Shown: piece by piece, positions 34,093 through 34,727 of the stretch | Layout: each line of letters begins with the position of its first letter | Position numbering within the stretch: position 1 is the first letter of the stretch | Assembly (NCBI GenBank): GCA_043750125.1 | Contig: JAYVCD010000119.1 | Location: 1 to 34,727 of the forward strand | Source: Archangiaceae bacterium | GTDB taxonomy: Bacteria > Myxococcota > Myxococcia > Myxococcales > Myxococcaceae | Direction of reading: 5' to 3' | Length of the DNA: 34,727 nt | The notes under the pieces: generated by a model | The model's input: only the letters and a program-made list of their open reading frames with translations | Told to the model about the DNA's origin: nothing | Databases searched by the model: none | Program-made: the position numbers and the translations under genes

Positions 34093-34415
34093 ATCGCGGA
34101 GACATCTGGATGTACGAATTTCGTCCGCCAGACAAACGCCGACCGGTGCTCGTGTTGACTCGAAACGAGGCCATCGCGGTGCTCGACTCGGTCACCGTCG
34201 CGCCCATCTCCACGACCATCCGCCGGATCCGAAGCGAAGTTGAAGTGGGAATTGCTCAGGGCCTCAAGGCTCCGTCCGCAATCAATCTCGACCATCTGCA
34301 AACAGTTTCAAAGTCGGCGTTGAAGCACTTCATCGGCACGGTGGATCTCCGCACGCTCGATCGGGTCTGCCATGCAATGGAACACGCTTTGGGCTGCCGC
34401 GATCTCGACTCGTGA
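34077..34415 (+). CDS. mazF: MazF/PemK family endoribonuclease toxin
   Basis: RGDIW…KRRPVLVL…VTVAPISTT…INLDHLQTV motifs. Confidence 0.92.
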   Translation: MARGLNRGDIWMYEFRPPDKRRPVLVLTRNEAIAVLDSVTVAPISTTIRRIRSEVEVGIAQGLKAPSAINLDHLQTVSKSALKHFIGTVDLRTLDRVCHAMEHALGCRDLDS

Positions 34416-34424
34416 GTCGATTCC

Positions 34425-34448
34425 GCCGGCCGAGATTCTCAGGCCGGC
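34425..34448. terminator. GC-rich hairpin at the convergent mazF / MBL junction
   Basis: gccggcc…ggccggc arms. Confidence 0.35.
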
Positions 34449-34727
34449 AGCGCGAACCGGAACACGTCTACGTCTTCTATTCGCCGAATCTTTCCTTCGT
34501 CCTCGAGGACCTCGAGGTTGCCGAGCACTTCCGACAACATCAGGTAGAGCCGGCCGGGGTCCGCGCGGGGGAACACCACGCTCACCAGTTGGCTCACCGT
34601 CGCCGGTGCTTCGGCCAGCTTCTTCAGCAGCTTCTCTTGCCGGCGCAGATAAAACTCGAACAGCCCGTCGAGCAGCGGCCGGTGATTCTTGAAACCCTCG
34701 CCGTGACCGGGCAGCACGCAATCGAGA
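34439..34727 (-). CDS. C-terminal part of an MBL-fold metallo-hydrolase with winged-helix tail (5' end outside the window)
   Basis: LDCVLPGHG motif, then TVSQLVSVVFP…SEVLGNLEVLEDEG. Confidence 0.8.
   Translation of the reverse strand, partial: LDCVLPGHGEGFKNHRPLLDGLFEFYLRRQEKLLKKLAEAPATVSQLVSVVFPRADPGRLYLMLSEVLGNLEVLEDEGKIRRIEDVDVFRFALPA

Noticed and set aside
34405-34420. Palindrome tcgactc-gt-gagtcga at the mazF stop as a mobile-element end
   Set aside because: There is no matching site or target duplication on the other side of the TA module.

Overview
High-GC bacterial window whose gene content points to Myxococcota (inferred from a DigR-like receiver-Xre regulator, FHA-TPR and PEGA proteins, a sigma-32-type factor and a Myxococcus-type LexA box). 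From left to right: (1) a decayed left edge with an IS21-like terminus and a multiply frameshifted FtsH-like AAA remnant; (2) a minus-strand rhomboid-TPR / LolA-like / outer-membrane protein operon; (3) a tandem-FHA membrane protein plus digR; (4) a minus-strand lipid cluster: a large lipase lipoprotein with a triplicated N-terminal domain, fadL, a hypothetical gene, accC, accB and an enoyl-CoA hydratase; (5) a membrane protein, an rpoH-family sigma factor and a DEAD-box helicase; (6) a minus-strand envelope block ftsE-ftsX-envC-hydrolase-ctpA-PEGA protein-ddl-frameshifted EamA-GT2, with two densely structured spacers (19063-19613 and 23138-23566); (7) a 2-TM protein + SPFH + SPFH operon; (8) a coiled-coil/AT-hook gene directly behind a candidate LexA box, followed by an RHH-MazF toxin-antitoxin pair and a truncated MBL hydrolase. 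The most promising uncharacterised items are the putative SOS-controlled AT-hook protein (+ TA module), the triple-domain lipase-FadL-carboxylase module, the structured ddl leader and the SPFH trio. All calls come from motif reading; no database searches were run.
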